DNA of 64,000 nt, from the NCBI GenBank assembly GCA_902596665.1, contig CACJUN010000001.1, forward strand, positions 541,083-605,082, read 5' to 3'. Shown piece by piece: positions 61,630 to 64,000 of this stretch. The number at the start of each line of letters is the position of its first letter. Within the stretch, counting starts at the first letter, position 1. The position numbers and the translations under genes are program-made. The DNA comes from an uncultured SAR86 cluster bacterium. GTDB lineage: Bacteria > Pseudomonadota > Gammaproteobacteria > Magnimaribacterales > AG-339-G14. A model generated the notes under the pieces. It was not told the DNA's origin, ran no database searches, and saw only the letters and a program-made list of their open reading frames with translations.

Positions 61630-62668
61630 TTAATTCCTTATCTAAAAAAGCCACTACGTGATTATTTACATGAAAATCAGAATCTAATGGCATTATCTCA
61701 TTAAATATTAGTCGTTTTGCAACTCTTACCATAATTACTGAAAACTTAAATAAAGCTAATATCCGATAGTAAGCAAAAAATTCGGATGATAACCCTGTTT
61801 TATTTTCCCAGATTGTCCTACCCTCTTCTTCATCCATAGTTCCTTCTAATTTTGGAACATTCAACGCCAGACTATTTGCATCATCTATTGCAAATCCCCA
61901 TGCTAAATCCATTAAAGGATCACCAAAATTAGCCATTTCCCAATCAAGTAAGGCTTTTGCTGAAAAATTTTCATAAAGAACATTTCCAGGTCTAGCATCG
62001 CCCCAACACAAAGTTTGTTTTTGAAGAGGCGGTTTATTTTTAACAAGCCAATCTAGAGCATTTGAACAAATTTCATGAGGTTCGCCTTCCATGCCCCAAT
62101 TCAAAAAACTTTGATAATAGTCTAAATGCATTCCCAAAGGATCTTCCTCTATGTTAATTTTGCAATCCCTCAATTCATCACTCGAAAATTCTAAATTATG
62201 GAAATGCGATAAATGATCAAGCCATTCCAACCACACCTTATGTCTTTCGGTTGGAGTAGCCCTTCCCATCATTCCTTCCATATCCATATGATACGGAGGA
62301 TTATCACTAGGAGCAGAGCCATTGATGCTTTTCATAATATAAAAACCAGAACCTAAAATATTATCGTCATAATTTTCATAAATAACTTCAGGGGTGAGCA
62401 TATTCTTTCCTCTCAAAACCTTCATTATTGATGCTTGCATGGGCAAGTCGTAATTTGGAAAAACTTGATATTCCGTTGGTTCGAGTCTTAAAACCAGGGT
62501 CTCCTCTGAATCCTCCTTCTCTAAATCAAAAACAAAAGTTTCATTGGAAAAACCTGAAGCCATCGAGGACTCATGAGGAGTTAATTTGAGGGGGCCTTCT
62601 TTAGAGGCAAGCCAATTTTCGAGTTTTTCAATCTTAGATTGAAAATCCTTCTCAGTTGAGACTGGCAT
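61616..62668 (-). CDS. APH/choline-kinase-like phosphotransferase (Rv3168-like)
   Basis: SGFSNETF; LVLR..P..VFP.YDL; LCWGDARPGNVLY (Brenner-type motif); LLDWEMA..GDPLMDLAW. Confidence 0.88.
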   Translation of the reverse strand: MPVSTEKDFQSKIEKLENWLASKEGPLKLTPHESSMASGFSNETFVFDLEKEDSEETLVLRLEPTEYQVFPNYDLPMQASIMKVLRGKNMLTPEVIYENYDDNILGSGFYIMKSINGSAPSDNPPYHMDMEGMMGRATPTERHKVWLEWLDHLSHFHNLEFSSDELRDCKINIEEDPLGMHLDYYQSFLNWGMEGEPHEICSNALDWLVKNKPPLQKQTLCWGDARPGNVLYENFSAKALLDWEMANFGDPLMDLAWGFAIDDANSLALNVPKLEGTMDEEEGRTIWENKTGLSSEFFAYYRILALFKFSVIMVRVAKRLIFNEIMPLDSDFHVNNHVVAFLDKELNENN

Positions 62669-63765
62669 TAGGGTTTATCAAAGAGATCTATAAAGCCACT
62701 TGGTTCATGGGGACCCAATATGAGTTGCTCTAGAACACCCCGACCTATCTTACTTTTATCTCCTATCTTCATCGTCACATTTGAAACAGATTGCACATGC
62801 AGAAAGGGTGGATCTCCAGGGTCATCATTTAAATCATAATCATCAAAATAAGAGGCTAATTCTCCTTTATCATGTCCGTGACCCCACTCAGGGTGCATAT
62901 AACCTAAGCCACACATAAAAACCTGCATACCACAATCAATTGAAATTGTTATGGGTTTAGCTTGATCATCTGTTCCAGATATGTCCATTTTTTTTACTCT
63001 TCTGGAGCCAGGATGATAAGAAACAGATTTTTTAATGTCTTGAATTATGAATTCATCTTCGTACTCAGGACCTTGTGCAATAGCAATCGTTGAGCTGGCA
63101 TTACCCTTCTCGTCTTCGACAAAATAAATATGTACTGCTGAATCATCAAAGTGAATTGGAGCCCATAACCAATAAAACTGCGGCATTGAAAAAGGAACCA
63201 TTGGTTGACTATCGTAAGCTCCAACGGGCCTAACGCCCCAAGATCTATCCCTTGTTCCTATAAAAGAATCATTATCAAGACTAATCTCATTTTTATTATG
63301 AACAATTTTTCCAGACCATGATCCTTGCTGCGTCATTCTGCATGTATCCATAATCATTCTTGGTCCATTGAAAAGTTGCATTTGGGGTTCTCTCATAGGA
63401 GCAAATCTACTTGTAAATTCTATAGACACGTCTAGGTCGTTTTCTACGTCAGCGAGTGTGACTTTGAGTTTATTAAGTGGTTCTATTACCTCCACGCTTA
63501 AAGGACCTACCTTGGTGTCAAGACGTTCTAAGTTCAGATACCTAGATACTCTTGAATTATATTGTTTACCTTCATATGCAAGAGTAAATGAGCCATCCAT
63601 AATATTAAGATTTGGATATACACACAAAACAGCACCGAAGTAAATGTCCTCATCTTTTGAATATCCATTAAAAAAATATCTATCATAAAAATTTCTTTCG
63701 GTTCCTGTTTCAGCAACTGGTTTTGAAATCTGATGGATTGGAAAATCGTCGGCTTTTGTAATCAT
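62668..63765 (-). CDS. Conserved protein of unknown function (Rv3169-like, possibly tocopherol-cyclase-like beta fold)
   Basis: DDFPIHQ; RNFYDRYFFN; YPNL; EVIEPL; GSWSG; GTRDRSWGVRPVG; FYWLWAP; HPEWGHG; GPHEPSGF. These motifs match the Rv3169 family as recalled. Confidence 0.72.
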   Translation of the reverse strand: MITKADDFPIHQISKPVAETGTERNFYDRYFFNGYSKDEDIYFGAVLCVYPNLNIMDGSFTLAYEGKQYNSRVSRYLNLERLDTKVGPLSVEVIEPLNKLKVTLADVENDLDVSIEFTSRFAPMREPQMQLFNGPRMIMDTCRMTQQGSWSGKIVHNKNEISLDNDSFIGTRDRSWGVRPVGAYDSQPMVPFSMPQFYWLWAPIHFDDSAVHIYFVEDEKGNASSTIAIAQGPEYEDEFIIQDIKKSVSYHPGSRRVKKMDISGTDDQAKPITISIDCGMQVFMCGLGYMHPEWGHGHDKGELASYFDDYDLNDDPGDPPFLHVQSVSNVTMKIGDKSKIGRGVLEQLILGPHEPSGFIDLFDKP

Positions 63766-63767
63766 AA

Positions 63768-63998
63768 TTAGAAAATTTTTATTTTTGCAATATCTAGCTC
63801 TACCTCGTGATCTCTTCCATAAGCTTCAATCCCAAGAAGTTTTATTTTTTTTGGATTTATGGATTTATTGAAAGTCCTACTATTACTGTACCCAACAAAG
63901 TCTTCAATATTTAGAACGTATTCTTTCCAATCTTTTCCAACTTTGAATTCTTTAAGATGTCTGACCCACGGTAAAACTTGCCCCCTCGACTTAATATG
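63768..63998 (-). CDS. CIA30-family (complex I intermediate-associated protein 30-like) protein, C-terminal part; start outside the window
   Basis: Manual translation HIKSRGQVLPWVRHLKEFKVGKDWKEYVLNIEDFVGYSNSRTFNKSINPKKIKLLGIEAYGRDHEVELDIAKIKIF*. The LPW..F...W....DF...I..LGI.A pattern fits this family. Confidence 0.62.
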   Translation of the reverse strand, partial: HIKSRGQVLPWVRHLKEFKVGKDWKEYVLNIEDFVGYSNSRTFNKSINPKKIKLLGIEAYGRDHEVELDIAKIKIF

Positions 63999-64000
63999 AA

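Noticed and set aside
61616-62668. Aminoglycoside resistance gene
   Set aside because: The APH fold alone does not indicate resistance. The length, operon context and Rv3168/ACAD-kinase-like motifs favour a metabolic kinase.

Overview
AT-rich, tightly packed bacterial window, almost entirely coding. Intergenic gaps are mostly under about 60 bp, and many convergent genes overlap at their 3' ends. Gene content and Pseudomonas-like gene order (alaS-lysC-tRNA-Ser; leuCDB-asd-truA-trpFBA-accD-folC-cvpA-purF; cysS/ppiB-lpxH; lexA/topA) suggest a streamlined gammaproteobacterium, possibly marine SAR86-like (inference, not tested). Most of it is housekeeping: amino-acid and purine biosynthesis, aminoacyl-tRNA synthetases, uvrB, acnB, the 2-methylcitrate genes prpBCD, lexA, topA, pyrD, prc, xthA and tadA, plus tRNA-Ser(GCT) and tRNA-Asn(GTT). 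No rRNA, CRISPR array, transposase or integrase was seen. Main observations: (1) Asd carries an in-frame C-terminal FimV TPR-like tail, apparently the remnant of a deleted fimV; (2) an operon holds a Mycobacterium Rv3169/Rv3168-like orphan pair (unknown protein plus APH-fold kinase) with SRPBCC, CIA30-like and tadA genes; (3) a group-4-capsule-like export cluster (OtnA/WbfF-like, yjbH, yjbF, no yjbG) faces a separately transcribed Glu/Thr-rich YjbE/GfcA-like secreted mini-protein; (4) a GMC oxidoreductase occupies the usual csrA position; (5) a G9 tract frameshifts an acyl-CoA dehydrogenase; (6) smaller items include a half-size PnuC-like membrane protein, a solo Cas4-like nuclease behind tRNA-Asn, and an acyltransferase with no canonical start codon. 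All family assignments come from motif recognition and recall, not database searches. Several starts were moved from the ORF track where overlaps or ribosome-binding sites favoured another codon.
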